From: Acidimicrobiales bacterium
GTDB lineage: Bacteria; Actinomycetota; Acidimicrobiia; Acidimicrobiales; Aldehydirespiratoraceae
NCBI GenBank assembly: GCA_963662645.2
Contig: OY759762.1
Coordinates: forward strand, 1,933,160-1,997,159
Length of the DNA: 64,000 bases
Direction of reading: 5' to 3'
Part shown: piece after piece, positions 27,466 through 37,672 of the stretch
Numbering within the stretch: position 1 is the stretch's first letter
Layout: each line of letters opens with the position of its first letter
Position numbers and translations under genes: made by a program
Notes under the pieces: model-generated
What the model saw: the letters and a program-made list of their open reading frames with translations, nothing else
Databases searched by the model: none
Told to the model about the DNA's origin: nothing

Positions 27466-28586
27466 TGACTGGCGCCACCGCCAGACTCGCAGGGATCGAC
27501 ATCCGGCGAGGTGCGCCGATGGGCTTCCTGGCGGGTGCTCTGGGCGCGTCGCTGATCTTTGGCGCGGTGCAACTCGCCAACGATCCGGCGCTGTTCTTCC
27601 AGACCTTCATGAAGTCGATGGGGCTCGGCTCGGTCTATGCACTGATCGCTCTGGGCTTCGTGCTCATCTTCAAGGCCACCCAGACCGTCAACTTCGCTCA
27701 GGGTGCCCTCGCGGCCACCGGAGCGCTGTTCGTGGCGTTCCTGGTGCAGGAGCGCAGCGTCTTCTCCGAGGGCCAGAGCTCTCTCGAGAGAGACGGCCAC
27801 ATCCCCTTCACCAGCATCAGCAACCCCCTCAACGCCTTGGGCGGCCCGGACTGGGTGTACTGGACGCTCAGCGCCTTAGTGGCGCTGGTGTTCGCGGCTG
27901 CCGTCGGCCTGGTGGTGGAGCGCTTGGCGATCCGTCCGATGATCGGTGAGCCGCTGTTCTCGGTGGCGGTGATCACCCTCGGGCTCGAGATCATGTTCCG
28001 GGTGTTCAACAACGACGCCGTCGTCATCGAGTACCGCTCAGTGGGGGCGCCCTGGGACCTCGGCGGGTTCAGATTGGGCGGTGAGTTGATCAACTGGAGC
28101 TTCGTGGCCGCCATGGTCACCGCGGCGGCCGCCTTCGTGGCGGTGTACATCTTCTACCGGTCGCGGCTCGGCATCGCGATGCGAGCCGTGGCCTTCGACC
28201 AGGAGGCGGCCATGGCCCAGGGCATCAATGTGGGCCGCGTCTTCGCCATCGCCTGGGCCGCGGGCGCGGTCCTGGCCGCAATCGGCGGGATCTTCGCCAC
28301 CCAGCCGCCGGTGGATCAGACGATCTCCGTAGATCAGGAGACGGCCAACATCGCCTTCCGGGCCTTGCCCGCCGTGATCCTGGGAGGCCTCGACTCGGTG
28401 ACGGGCGCCCTGCTGGGCGGGCTGGTCGTGGGGGTGGCCGAGATCTATGCGGGCCAGTACGCCGCAGCCAACACGTCCTGGCTCGGTGCCGGCTATCCGC
28501 TGATCGTGCCCTACGTGGTCATGGTCATCGGCCTGCTGGTGCGCCCCTACGGGCTTTTTGGCACGCCCGAGATCCAGAGGGTCTGA
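27465..28586 (+). CDS. Branched-chain-amino-acid-type ABC transporter permease (LivH family)
   Basis: LivH-like TM pattern (GLGSVYALIALGFVLIF, GGLDSVTGALLGG). ATG overlaps the synthetase stop (TGATG). Confidence 0.88.
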   Translation: MTGATARLAGIDIRRGAPMGFLAGALGASLIFGAVQLANDPALFFQTFMKSMGLGSVYALIALGFVLIFKATQTVNFAQGALAATGALFVAFLVQERSVFSEGQSSLERDGHIPFTSISNPLNALGGPDWVYWTLSALVALVFAAAVGLVVERLAIRPMIGEPLFSVAVITLGLEIMFRVFNNDAVVIEYRSVGAPWDLGGFRLGGELINWSFVAAMVTAAAAFVAVYIFYRSRLGIAMRAVAFDQEAAMAQGINVGRVFAIAWAAGAVLAAIGGIFATQPPVDQTISVDQETANIAFRALPAVILGGLDSVTGALLGGLVVGVAEIYAGQYAAANTSWLGAGYPLIVPYVVMVIGLLVRPYGLFGTPEIQRV

Positions 28587-28592
28587 AGGTGC

Positions 28593-28646
28593 TGGGCGGT
28601 CACCGGATGTTGGGCGGTCACCGGATGTTGGGCGGTCACCGGATGA
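28593..28646 (+). repeat. 3 x 18-bp perfect/near-perfect tandem repeat TGGGCGGTCACCGGATGT between livH- and livM-type genes
   Basis: Units at 28593-28610, 28611-28628 and 28629-28646, read directly. Confidence 0.9.
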
Positions 28647-28660
28647 GGACGGGCTGAGCG

Positions 28661-29911
28661 GTGCTCGGTCGCCCGCGCCTGTACACGGCCTACCGCCAGG
28701 AAGCGCAGATGCTGCCAACGTGGACCCAGAAAGCGGTGTTCACGATATTTCTGGCGGTGCTCTTCCTGCTGCCCTTCGACTTGCCCGTGATCAGCCACAT
28801 TCCGGTGGTGCGCTTCCTGGGCGACGGCGACTGGCTGCTGATCGTGGCGCGGATGCTGGTGTTCGCCATTGCTGCTCTGGGCCTCAACCTGCTCAGCGGC
28901 CTGGGGGGCCAGGTGTCTCTCGGCCATGCCTTCTTCATGGGGGTGGGGGCCTGTGCCGCGGTGTATCTCGGCGGAACGAGCGGTGAGGCGACCTGGGGAC
29001 ATTCGCTGCCGATCTGGATCTGGCTGCCCGGCGCGGGCGTCACCGCGGCGCTGGTGGGCGTGGTCGTGTCTCCGGTGGCGGTGAGGCTGCGCGGCCTGTA
29101 CCTGGCCATCGTCACGCTGGGTCTGGTCTTTCTGGGACTCCACTTCGGCAATACCAGCTGGGGCAGCAAGATCGCCGGCGCTCCCGCGTACGGCCGCAAG
29201 TTCCCCGAGCTCGACATACGGCTGTGGAAGGAGGAGACGCCGCTGGTCGACGTCAGCAGCGACGGCCGCTGGCTCTGGTTCGACGTCACCGACTTGCAGA
29301 AGCTGTACCTGTTCCTGCTCGTGCTGACCGTCCTGTTCGCGGTGGTGGCCAAGAACCTGGCCCGCTCCCGCACAGGGCGGGCTTTGCAGGCCATCCGCGA
29401 CCGCGACATCGCCGCCGAGGTGATGGGGGTGGCCGAGTTCCGCTACAAGCTCATCGGCTTCGCGGTGTCGTCGTTCTTCGCGGGCGTCGCCGGAGCGCTG
29501 TTCGCAGCGCTGCTCCAGAGACTGCAGGTCGATCAGTTCGGCCTGTTCCTGTCGGTGGAGTTCATCGCCATCCTGTTGATCGGTGGGGCGGGCACAACCG
29601 CGGGCCCTCTGATCGGCAGCTTCTTTGTTGTAATGGTGCCCGAGTTCGTGAAAGCGTTCACCAAGTGGCTCGAAGGCGCCGAGGGAGGTCCCGCCGAAGT
29701 CCTCTCGCGCGTCGTGCTCACGGAGGGGGACGACTTCGGAGTCATCAACACCGCCATCCAGACGCCGGGATGGACGCTGAGCGTGGACGCTTGGAACATC
29801 GTGCTCTTCGGCGCGCTCATCGTCGTGTTCCTGATAGCGGAGCCGCTCGGGATCTTCGGCATCTGGGTACGCATCCGCAACTACTGGAAGAGGTGGCCGT
29901 TCAGCTATTGA
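28661..29911 (+). CDS. Branched-chain-amino-acid-type ABC transporter permease (LivM family)
   Basis: LNLLSGLGGQVSLGHAFFMGVGA and LivM-like topology. Confidence 0.88.
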   Translation: MLGRPRLYTAYRQEAQMLPTWTQKAVFTIFLAVLFLLPFDLPVISHIPVVRFLGDGDWLLIVARMLVFAIAALGLNLLSGLGGQVSLGHAFFMGVGACAAVYLGGTSGEATWGHSLPIWIWLPGAGVTAALVGVVVSPVAVRLRGLYLAIVTLGLVFLGLHFGNTSWGSKIAGAPAYGRKFPELDIRLWKEETPLVDVSSDGRWLWFDVTDLQKLYLFLLVLTVLFAVVAKNLARSRTGRALQAIRDRDIAAEVMGVAEFRYKLIGFAVSSFFAGVAGALFAALLQRLQVDQFGLFLSVEFIAILLIGGAGTTAGPLIGSFFVVMVPEFVKAFTKWLEGAEGGPAEVLSRVVLTEGDDFGVINTAIQTPGWTLSVDAWNIVLFGALIVVFLIAEPLGIFGIWVRIRNYWKRWPFSY

Positions 29912-29985
29912 TATGCCAACCTCCGTCAAGATGTGAGCACCATCCCGGTGCTCATGGCCCAATGGACAACCTTGGAGGCAACACC

Positions 29986-31635
29986 GTGAAACGAACCAAA
30001 TGGCTGCTAGCAGTGCTGTGCGCCGTGGCCCTGGTAGCCGCGGCCTGCGGTGACGACGAGCCGGAAGCGCCGGACACGGCTGCCGCCGACGCGGCAGCCG
30101 CGGCCGCGCAAGCGGAGGCTGAGGCGGCTGAGGCGGAGAGGGCCGCGGCCCAGGCGGAAGCCGACGCGGCCCAGGCGGCTGCGGCCGACGCAGCTGCGGC
30201 CGCAGAGGAGGCCGAGGCGAGGCTGGCCGAGGCTGAGGCGGCCGCGGCCGCGGCCAGCGCCGAACAGCAGGCCGAGGCACAGGCGGCGCTGGAGGCGGCC
30301 CAGGCCGAGGCTGAGGCGGCTGCGGCTGAGGCGGCTGCGGCCCAGGCCGAGGCTGAGGCGGCTGCGGCCGACGCCGCTGCGGCTCAGGAAGCCCTTGCCG
30401 CCGCCGAGGGGGTTATTGCCCACGACTTCGGTGTCGACGTCGAGAATCAGGTCATCCGTGTCGGCCTGAACACCGACCTGACCGGCATCTTCGCCCCGCT
30501 CACGACCAAGATCACCGACGGCCACGAGGCCTACTGGGAGTGGGTCAACGACAACGGCGGGATCCAGGGCTGGACGATCGAGCCGGTAGTGCTCGACAAC
30601 GCCTATGACGTGCCCACCCACGTAGAGAACTACGAGATCATGGCGGGCGACGGGCCCGAGAGCGTGGTGATGTTCGCCACGTCCACCGGTTCGCCCCACT
30701 CGGCCGCCATCGCGCAGCGGCTGATCGAGGACAACATCGCCGCCATCCCGCTGTCGTGGTACTCGGGCTGGGCTGACCCGTCGATCGGCAAGAACCTGTT
30801 CGAGGTGCAGACCAACTACTGCATCGAGGCCATGAACGGCGCCACCTACATGACCGAGACCTACGGTCCGAACGTGGCCATCGCCACCTTCCCCGGCGAC
30901 TACGGCCAGGACGGGGCCAGAGGCGTCAAGGTCGCGGCCGAGTCTCTGGGCCTCAACATCGTCTACGACGGCGAGGGCGCGGTCATCCCCGGCGCCGACC
31001 AGACCCCGGTCATCACCGGCATTGCCGAGTCCGGCGCCGACTGGGTATGGGTCACCCTCAACCCGGGCCACACCGCCGAGATCATGGGCGGCGCGGTGGC
31101 GGCCGGCTTCACCGGCCAGTGGATCGGCAGCGCGCCGAGCTGGAACCCGGCCCTGCTCAACACTGCGGTCGGCCCGATCGCCGACGCCTACTACACCCAC
31201 TCCACCTACACCGTGCTGTGGGGCGTGGGCGAAGCCGAGGGCATGCAGGAGATGATCGACGTGATGCGGGAGTACCGCCCGGAGGCCCCGTTCGACGACT
31301 TCTACATCATCAGCTTCATCCAGGGCTACGTCGTGCACCAGATCCTGGACAAGGCCATCAGCAACGGCAACATCACCCGGGCTGGCGTGCTGGCCGCGGC
31401 CAACTCGGTCACCGCGGACTTGAAGGGCCTGGCCCCCAGCCAGAGTTGGCGGGGCAATCCCAACGACAACGTCGTGCGCGAGACCTACCTCTACGACGTC
31501 GACCTGTCGCTGTACACGCCCGGCGCCACCGTGCTGGACGAGGACGGCAACAGCGGCTACCGGCTGATCAAGGGGCCCTACGCCTCCGAGGCAGCCTTGA
31601 ACTGGGAGTACGAGCCCTGCTTCGTCGCTTCCTAG
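29986..31635 (+). CDS. ABC transporter substrate-binding lipoprotein (Leu/Ile/Val-binding-protein fold) with a ~110-aa Ala/Glu-rich spacer
   Basis: Signal peptide plus lipobox LVAAAC. GTG 29986 lies 7 nt after GGAGG. The mature domain resembles the type-I periplasmic binding fold. Operon context with livHM/FG-type genes. Confidence 0.82.
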   Translation: MKRTKWLLAVLCAVALVAAACGDDEPEAPDTAAADAAAAAAQAEAEAAEAERAAAQAEADAAQAAAADAAAAAEEAEARLAEAEAAAAAASAEQQAEAQAALEAAQAEAEAAAAEAAAAQAEAEAAAADAAAAQEALAAAEGVIAHDFGVDVENQVIRVGLNTDLTGIFAPLTTKITDGHEAYWEWVNDNGGIQGWTIEPVVLDNAYDVPTHVENYEIMAGDGPESVVMFATSTGSPHSAAIAQRLIEDNIAAIPLSWYSGWADPSIGKNLFEVQTNYCIEAMNGATYMTETYGPNVAIATFPGDYGQDGARGVKVAAESLGLNIVYDGEGAVIPGADQTPVITGIAESGADWVWVTLNPGHTAEIMGGAVAAGFTGQWIGSAPSWNPALLNTAVGPIADAYYTHSTYTVLWGVGEAEGMQEMIDVMREYRPEAPFDDFYIISFIQGYVVHQILDKAISNGNITRAGVLAAANSVTADLKGLAPSQSWRGNPNDNVVRETYLYDVDLSLYTPGATVLDEDGNSGYRLIKGPYASEAALNWEYEPCFVAS

Positions 31636-31654
31636 CCAACTGATGCCCACTGGT

Positions 31655-31684
31655 GGGGCGGTGCTGCCTGTGTGGCACCGCCCC
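31655..31684 (+). terminator. Intra-operon GC stem-loop after the binding-protein gene (attenuator / mRNA stabiliser candidate; no U-tract)
   Basis: GGGGCGGTGC (31655-31664) pairs perfectly with GCACCGCCCC (31675-31684), with a 10-nt loop. Confidence 0.4.
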
Positions 31685-31731
31685 GCCGGGGGACCGCGGA
31701 ACGACTGCCGCCTTCTCATTGGTGAATCCCC

Positions 31732-32523
<792 letters not shown>

Positions 32524-32557
32524 CGCACGGGCGCGGAGCTTGGGAAGCACGGCTGTC

Positions 32558-33367
32558 ATGAATGCCATCGAAGATTCGGCTCGCGCCCTGCTCGAGGTGG
32601 ACGACATATCGCTGCGATTCGGCGGGGTCACGGCCATCGACTCGGTTTCGTTCGAGGTCCGTCCGGGCGAGCTGTTCGCCATCATCGGACCGAACGGGGC
32701 CGGGAAGACCTCCATCTTCAACTCGATCTCGCAGGTGTATCGGCCCCAGTCGGGCGACATTCGCTGGAAGGGCTCGTCGATCATGGGCACCCGGCCCGAC
32801 CGGGTGGCCCAGCTCGGCGTGGCCCGGACATTCCAGAACATCGAGCTGTTCTCCCACATGACCGTGCTCGACAATCTCCTGACCGGACGCCATATCCGCA
32901 TGAGCGGGTCCTTCTTGGCCGGCGCGCTATGGGTGGGCAAGGCCAAGCGGGAGGAGATGGAGCACCGGCGCAAGGTGGAGGACATCATCGACTTTCTGGA
33001 GATCGAAGGCTGGCGGAAGCACCCGGTGGCACTGCTGCCCTACGGCGTCCAGAAGCGGGTGGAACTGGGCCGGGCGCTGGCCATGGAGCCCGAGCTGCTC
33101 ATGCTCGACGAACCCGTGGCCGGGATGAACCTCGAGGAGACCGAGGACATGGCCCGCTTCATCCTCGACATTCGCCGCGAGCTCGGCATCACCCTGCTGA
33201 TGGTGGAGCATGACATGGGCCTGGTCATGGACATCGCTGACCGGGTGATGGTGCTGGACTTCGGTCGCAGGATCTCCGAGGGGACCCCGGCCACAGTGCA
33301 GCGCGATCCGAACGTGATCGCGGCCTACCTGGGCAGCACTGAACTGGATGTGCAGGCCTCCGAGTGA
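32558..33367 (+). CDS. ABC transporter ATP-binding protein (LivG-type)
   Basis: Walker A GPNGAGKTS with FN motif, LPYGVQKRVELGRAL, Walker B LLMLDEPVAGM. ATG 32558 lies inside the longer tracked ORF. Confidence 0.9.
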   Translation: MNAIEDSARALLEVDDISLRFGGVTAIDSVSFEVRPGELFAIIGPNGAGKTSIFNSISQVYRPQSGDIRWKGSSIMGTRPDRVAQLGVARTFQNIELFSHMTVLDNLLTGRHIRMSGSFLAGALWVGKAKREEMEHRRKVEDIIDFLEIEGWRKHPVALLPYGVQKRVELGRALAMEPELLMLDEPVAGMNLEETEDMARFILDIRRELGITLLMVEHDMGLVMDIADRVMVLDFGRRISEGTPATVQRDPNVIAAYLGSTELDVQASE

Positions 33368-34362
33368 CTGAGCTCGCGATCCGGAACGCCTCCGCGGCGC
33401 TGCTCGACGAGCGCCGCCAGCTCACGGCGAGCGAGCTGGCGGATCTGGTCGCGGTCGCCGAGGCGGCCGTTCCGTCGCTCGCCGCGCTGGCCCACGAGGT
33501 CCGCCTGGCCTGGGCCGGCCCGACAGTCGAGGTGGAGGGCATCCTGTCGGCCAAGACGGGGGGATGCCCCGAGGACTGTCACTTCTGCAGCCAGTCGGCT
33601 GCGTTTGACACGCAGGTCAAGGCCACGCCGTTCCTCGACACCGAGGAGGTGCTGGCCGCGGCCCGCGAGACCGAGGCGCTGGGGGCCAGCGAGTTCTGCA
33701 TGGTGCTGGCGGTGCGCGGCCCGGACCGCCGCACTATGGACCGGCTCATCGAGCTGACCGCGCTGGTGTCGGCCGAGACCGGCCTGAACGTCGCGGTGAG
33801 CGCCGGCATCCTCGCCCGGGAGCAGGCCTTCGAGCTGGCCGCGGCCGGAGTGCACCGCTACAACCACAACCTGGAGACGAGCCGGTCCTTCTTCGGCCGA
33901 GTAGTTACCACTCACAGCTTCGACGAGCGGGTGGACACCTGCGCTTACGTGCGGGAGGCGGGCATGGAGCTGTGCTGCGGGGTGCTGCTGGGCATGGGCG
34001 AGACTGTGGAGCAGCGACTGGAGCTGATCGAGCAGATACGGGCAGTTCGGCCCTGCGAGGTGCCCATCAACTTCCTGAACCCTCGTCCGGGCACGCCGCT
34101 GCAGCTCCGCAAGCCGGTGGGCGCCCTGGAGGCCATCCGCTGGATCGCCATGTTCAGGCTGGCGCTGCCGTCGGTGATCCTGCGTTACGCCGGCGGCCGG
34201 GAGATCACCCTGCGCGACCTGCAGGCCATGGGAATGACTTCCGGGATGAACGCCTTGATCGTGGGCAACTACCTGACCACTCTGGGACGGTCGCCCCAGC
34301 AGGACCTGGACATGCTCGCCGACCTGCGCATGCCCATCGGCAGCCTGTCTGCCGCAGTTTGA
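33364..34362 (+). CDS. bioB: Biotin synthase
   Basis: Radical-SAM CPEDCHFCSQS, YNHNLETS, and overall BioB length. GTGA overlap with the preceding ATPase gene. Confidence 0.93.
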   Translation: MTELAIRNASAALLDERRQLTASELADLVAVAEAAVPSLAALAHEVRLAWAGPTVEVEGILSAKTGGCPEDCHFCSQSAAFDTQVKATPFLDTEEVLAAARETEALGASEFCMVLAVRGPDRRTMDRLIELTALVSAETGLNVAVSAGILAREQAFELAAAGVHRYNHNLETSRSFFGRVVTTHSFDERVDTCAYVREAGMELCCGVLLGMGETVEQRLELIEQIRAVRPCEVPINFLNPRPGTPLQLRKPVGALEAIRWIAMFRLALPSVILRYAGGREITLRDLQAMGMTSGMNALIVGNYLTTLGRSPQQDLDMLADLRMPIGSLSAAV

Positions 34363-34538
34363 TCGAGCAGGCGCCGCACTGCACCGGCTGCGGCCGGGCC
34401 GACTGCGCCGGCTGCCTGCCCGAGTTGGATCCGCCCCGCTACTGCGTCCGCTGCGGCGCCTGGCTGGCCACGTCGGTCACCCCCGCAGGCTGGACGGCCA
34501 GATGCCGCCACTGCGGCACGATCCGCTCAGGCTCGTAG
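34359..34538 (+). CDS. Small Cys-rich (4 x CxxC-like) protein directly downstream of bioB, a possible biotin synthase auxiliary protein
   Basis: 59 codons from TTG 34359, overlapping the bioB stop: HCTGCGRADCAGC...YCVRCG...RCRHCG. The start codon is non-ATG and the assignment is tentative. Confidence 0.45.
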   Translation: MIEQAPHCTGCGRADCAGCLPELDPPRYCVRCGAWLATSVTPAGWTARCRHCGTIRSGS

Positions 34539-34997
34539 CACCTCCACAACCTCATTGCAGGTCGTACAGCGATGCACGGCCCGGCACCGAGCGGGACCGA
34601 ACGGCGACTGCTCCACCAGTGCCGCCGCTCCGCATCGGGGGCACTCGGACGGCTTGCCGGGCACTGTCACCGCCACGGTGAAGTCGCGCGCCATGACGGC
34701 GCGAGCATGCTCGCTGAGCCTCGAGGTGTCCCAGGCCTCGGTGCTGCGCCGGACGTCGACGTCGGTGACTCCGTCCAGTGCCCCGACTGCGTTGGCGATC
34801 TCGGATGAGATGACTTCAAGAGCGGGACAGCCGCTGAAGGTGGTGATCAACTCGATCGCGACCCGTCCGCCGGCGAGCTCGACTGCACCGATCATGCCCA
34901 TGTCGACCACGCTGACACCGGGATACTCGGGGTCGTCCACGGCTCTGAGAGCTTCGATGATGCCGGTGTCGCGGGTCGAGCAGACGTCTGGTGCCAC
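34527..34997 (-). CDS. PaaD-like protein (DUF59/MIP18 Fe-S-related domain + C-terminal zinc ribbon)
   Basis: DPEYPGVSVVDMGMI...TFSGCPA (DUF59), then CPRCG...CTTC, as in the phenylacetate-CoA oxygenase PaaD/PaaJ subunit. No other paa genes are nearby. Confidence 0.7.
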   Translation of the reverse strand: MAPDVCSTRDTGIIEALRAVDDPEYPGVSVVDMGMIGAVELAGGRVAIELITTFSGCPALEVISSEIANAVGALDGVTDVDVRRSTEAWDTSRLSEHARAVMARDFTVAVTVPGKPSECPRCGAAALVEQSPFGPARCRAVHRCTTCNEVVEVLRA

Positions 34998-35052
34998 CCT
35001 CCAACCCTACGGCGTCAGCACTTGTCCGGGCGGTCTGCCCCGCCGACCATTA

Positions 35053-35874
35053 GTGTCGCGAACTGTGTCGGTCGCAACCGCGCCCGAGTCCGGTCAGCGG
35101 TTGCTGGCCTGGAGGACGCTGCATCCGTCGGGATGGGTCGCGGTGGCGACACTGCTGGGGGCTCTAGTCGCCCACCTGTTCACCGACACGTCCTACCTGA
35201 TCGGCCGCTTCGAATGGTGGTGGTGGATCCTTCTCCTGGCCGGCGTGGCCGTGTCGGCGTGGCACGACGGGCTTCATCGCCTGCGACTGTGGATCGAGGC
35301 CATCCCGAAGTTCACGCTGAAGCTGGCGATGATCCTGGCCTGGGCTGTCTTCATCCTTCAGTTCTTCAACGTGATCACCCGTTACAGCAACGAGTACGTG
35401 GCGCAGGACATCCTCTACGGAGAGGTCGTCAGCCTGGCCTGGCAGTCTTTCGGCCTGATGTTCCTGCTGGCCATAAACGTCGGCGTCCGCGACGGCGTCA
35501 ACCCCCGCATCGACTTCTGGTGGGTGAACTTCCGCAACAAGACCAAGGCGGCTCTCGATTTCGCGATGCACACCGTGCTGCTGCTCCCCTTCATCTTCAT
35601 GAGCGTCCGCATCCTTCAGCACTACACGGCGGCCGCCCTCGGTCGGCGCCACAACGGCGAATGGCCCGCCGGCTGGCGGGTGTGGCAGAGCTGGGAGGAG
35701 GCCGTGGACGCGGGCGGTCTCGCGGTGGGTCCGATCAAGGCGATGCTGCTCGTGGGCTTCTTCCTGTTCGGCCTGCAACTGCTGGCTGAGGTCATCAAGA
35801 CCGGGTTCGTGCTGATCGGTCGAGACGACTACGGCGACATCATGGAGCGCGACGTCCCGCAGAGGATCGAGTAG
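35053..35874 (+). CDS. TRAP transporter small permease (DctQ-type)
   Basis: Four hydrophobic helices immediately upstream of a DctM-type gene. The start is uncertain (GTG 35053 or 35065). The upstream part of the tracked ORF is antisense to the PaaD-like gene. Confidence 0.75.
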   Translation: MSRTVSVATAPESGQRLLAWRTLHPSGWVAVATLLGALVAHLFTDTSYLIGRFEWWWWILLLAGVAVSAWHDGLHRLRLWIEAIPKFTLKLAMILAWAVFILQFFNVITRYSNEYVAQDILYGEVVSLAWQSFGLMFLLAINVGVRDGVNPRIDFWWVNFRNKTKAALDFAMHTVLLLPFIFMSVRILQHYTAAALGRRHNGEWPAGWRVWQSWEEAVDAGGLAVGPIKAMLLVGFFLFGLQLLAEVIKTGFVLIGRDDYGDIMERDVPQRIE

Positions 35875-35936
35875 GTGCGGCTGTGAGAGGCTCGCGGAGG
35901 ATGTGGGTGCGGCCGTGAGGGGCTCGCGGGGGATCG
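35874..35936 (+). repeat. 2 x ~31-bp imperfect tandem repeat in the dctQ-dctM gap
   Basis: GGTGCGGCTGTGAGAGGCTCGCGGAGGATGT followed by GGGTGCGGCCGTGAGGGGCTCGCGGGGGATCG. Confidence 0.8.
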
Positions 35937-35948
35937 GGTAGAGCGGCG

Positions 35949-37553
35949 ATGCTGCTGGCGCTCGAGACGATCTTCGGCATGGATGCGGGGGTGTTCCTGG
36001 CCCTGACGATGTTCGGGGTGTTCATGCTGGTGATCCTGTCGGGCTACAACGTGGCCTTCTCGTTCGCGGCCACCGCGCTGTTCTTCAGCTTCGTGGGCGA
36101 CTGGCTGGACGTCTTCGACCCGAACACGCTGAACACGCTGCCGGGACGGTGGTACAAGGCGATCAGCGACCCGACGCTGCTGGCCGTGCCGCTGTTCGTG
36201 CTGATGGGCGCCATCCTCGAGCGGTCGGGCATGGCCGAGCGGCTGCTCAACGCGTTCGGAATGCTCATGGGCCGGCTGCGGGGCGGCGTGGCGGCCGCCG
36301 TCGTGGTGGTCGGCACCCTGCTGGCGGCGGCCACCGGTGTGGTGGCCGCCACGGTGATCGTGATGGGCCTGCTGTCGCTGCCCGCCATGGTGCGACTCGG
36401 CTACGACAACAAGCTCTCCACCGGCGCCATCATCGCTTCCGGCACCCTGGCCCAGCTGCTGCCGCCCAGCATCGTGCTGATCCTGCTGGCCCAGCAGCTG
36501 GGCGTGGGCATCCTCGGTCTGTTCGCCGGCGCGCTGCTGCCCGGTCTGCTGCTCAGCGGGCTCTACGTGGCCTACGTGCTGATTCTGGCGTGGCTGAGGC
36601 CCAAGACGGGGCCGGCCATGCCCAAGGAGCAGCGCACGCTCTCCGGCGATCCGTCACTGCGGACGAAGCTGTTGATCGCGTTGATCCTGGCCTTGATGGT
36701 GGGGGCGGTGACGCTGCTGGCCAGGGCGAGCGGGATGGGTTTCCTGGCCAGCGCCTGGTCGCCGCTTGTGGTGGCTGTGATCCACTTCGGTGCGTTCCTC
36801 GCGATCCTGCTGCGCACCCGGATGCTGGCCGCCGAGGTGTTGGTCGCCATCGTGCCCATATTGACGCTGATCTTCGGGGTGCTGCTGTCCATCTTCGCTG
36901 GCATCGCCACCCCGTCGGAGTCGGGCGCGGTGGGAGTGTTCGGGGCGCTGGTGCTGACCGTGTTGAACTGGCTGTTCGACGATCTGATGGTCAAGGGGGG
37001 CGCCACCCACATCACCAAGGGCTGGCGACTCGACTGGCAGGCGGTCAAGGACGCGGCCCGCTCCACCACCAACGTGGTGGTGCTGGTCATGACCCTGCTG
37101 TTCTGCTCGACATTCTTCAGCGCCATGTTCTTCCAGCTCGGCGGGTCGGACCAGACCTCCGAGTGGCTGACCTCGATCGGCGGAGGCAAGTGGGGCTTCG
37201 TGGTCATCGCCATGGTCGCGGTGTTCCTCCTCGGCATCAACCTGGAGTTCCTGGAGATCACTTTCATCGTGGTGCCGATCTTCGTCCCCGCCATGGACTT
37301 CCTTGGGTTCACTCCAGACGAGAAGATCTGGTTCGCGGTGTTGATGGCGGTGAACCTCAACATGGCGTTCATCTCGCCGCCCGTGGGGTTCTCGCTGTTC
37401 TACCTGCAGAGCGTGGCGCCACCGGAGGTGAAGACGGCCGACATCCACAAGGGCGCCTTCCCGTTCATGGGCCTGCAGGCGCTGGCCCTGGTGATCCTGG
37501 CCGTCTTTCCCGCCATCACCTACACGTCGATCGAGGCGTTCAAGTTCGGTTGA
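35949..37553 (+). CDS. TRAP transporter large permease (DctM-type)
   Basis: 534-aa polytopic protein with DctM-like repeats ([31 protein letters not shown]). Confidence 0.88.
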   Translation: MLLALETIFGMDAGVFLALTMFGVFMLVILSGYNVAFSFAATALFFSFVGDWLDVFDPNTLNTLPGRWYKAISDPTLLAVPLFVLMGAILERSGMAERLLNAFGMLMGRLRGGVAAAVVVVGTLLAAATGVVAATVIVMGLLSLPAMVRLGYDNKLSTGAIIASGTLAQLLPPSIVLILLAQQLGVGILGLFAGALLPGLLLSGLYVAYVLILAWLRPKTGPAMPKEQRTLSGDPSLRTKLLIALILALMVGAVTLLARASGMGFLASAWSPLVVAVIHFGAFLAILLRTRMLAAEVLVAIVPILTLIFGVLLSIFAGIATPSESGAVGVFGALVLTVLNWLFDDLMVKGGATHITKGWRLDWQAVKDAARSTTNVVVLVMTLLFCSTFFSAMFFQLGGSDQTSEWLTSIGGGKWGFVVIAMVAVFLLGINLEFLEITFIVVPIFVPAMDFLGFTPDEKIWFAVLMAVNLNMAFISPPVGFSLFYLQSVAPPEVKTADIHKGAFPFMGLQALALVILAVFPAITYTSIEAFKFG

Positions 37554-37672
37554 CCCCGGCATGCTGCGAATTGGTGGCCTAATGTTCGGGTCGCCGATGG
37601 TGCCTGCCCGGGAGCTCTCGACCCGGACCAGCCGCCACGGCAGCAAGAATGTCCTACACGGAGGGATTACAA

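Noticed and set aside
28593-28646. Possible CRISPR array or other repeat-spacer structure.
   Set aside because: The 18-bp units are directly adjacent with no spacers. There are only three copies and no cas genes in the window.
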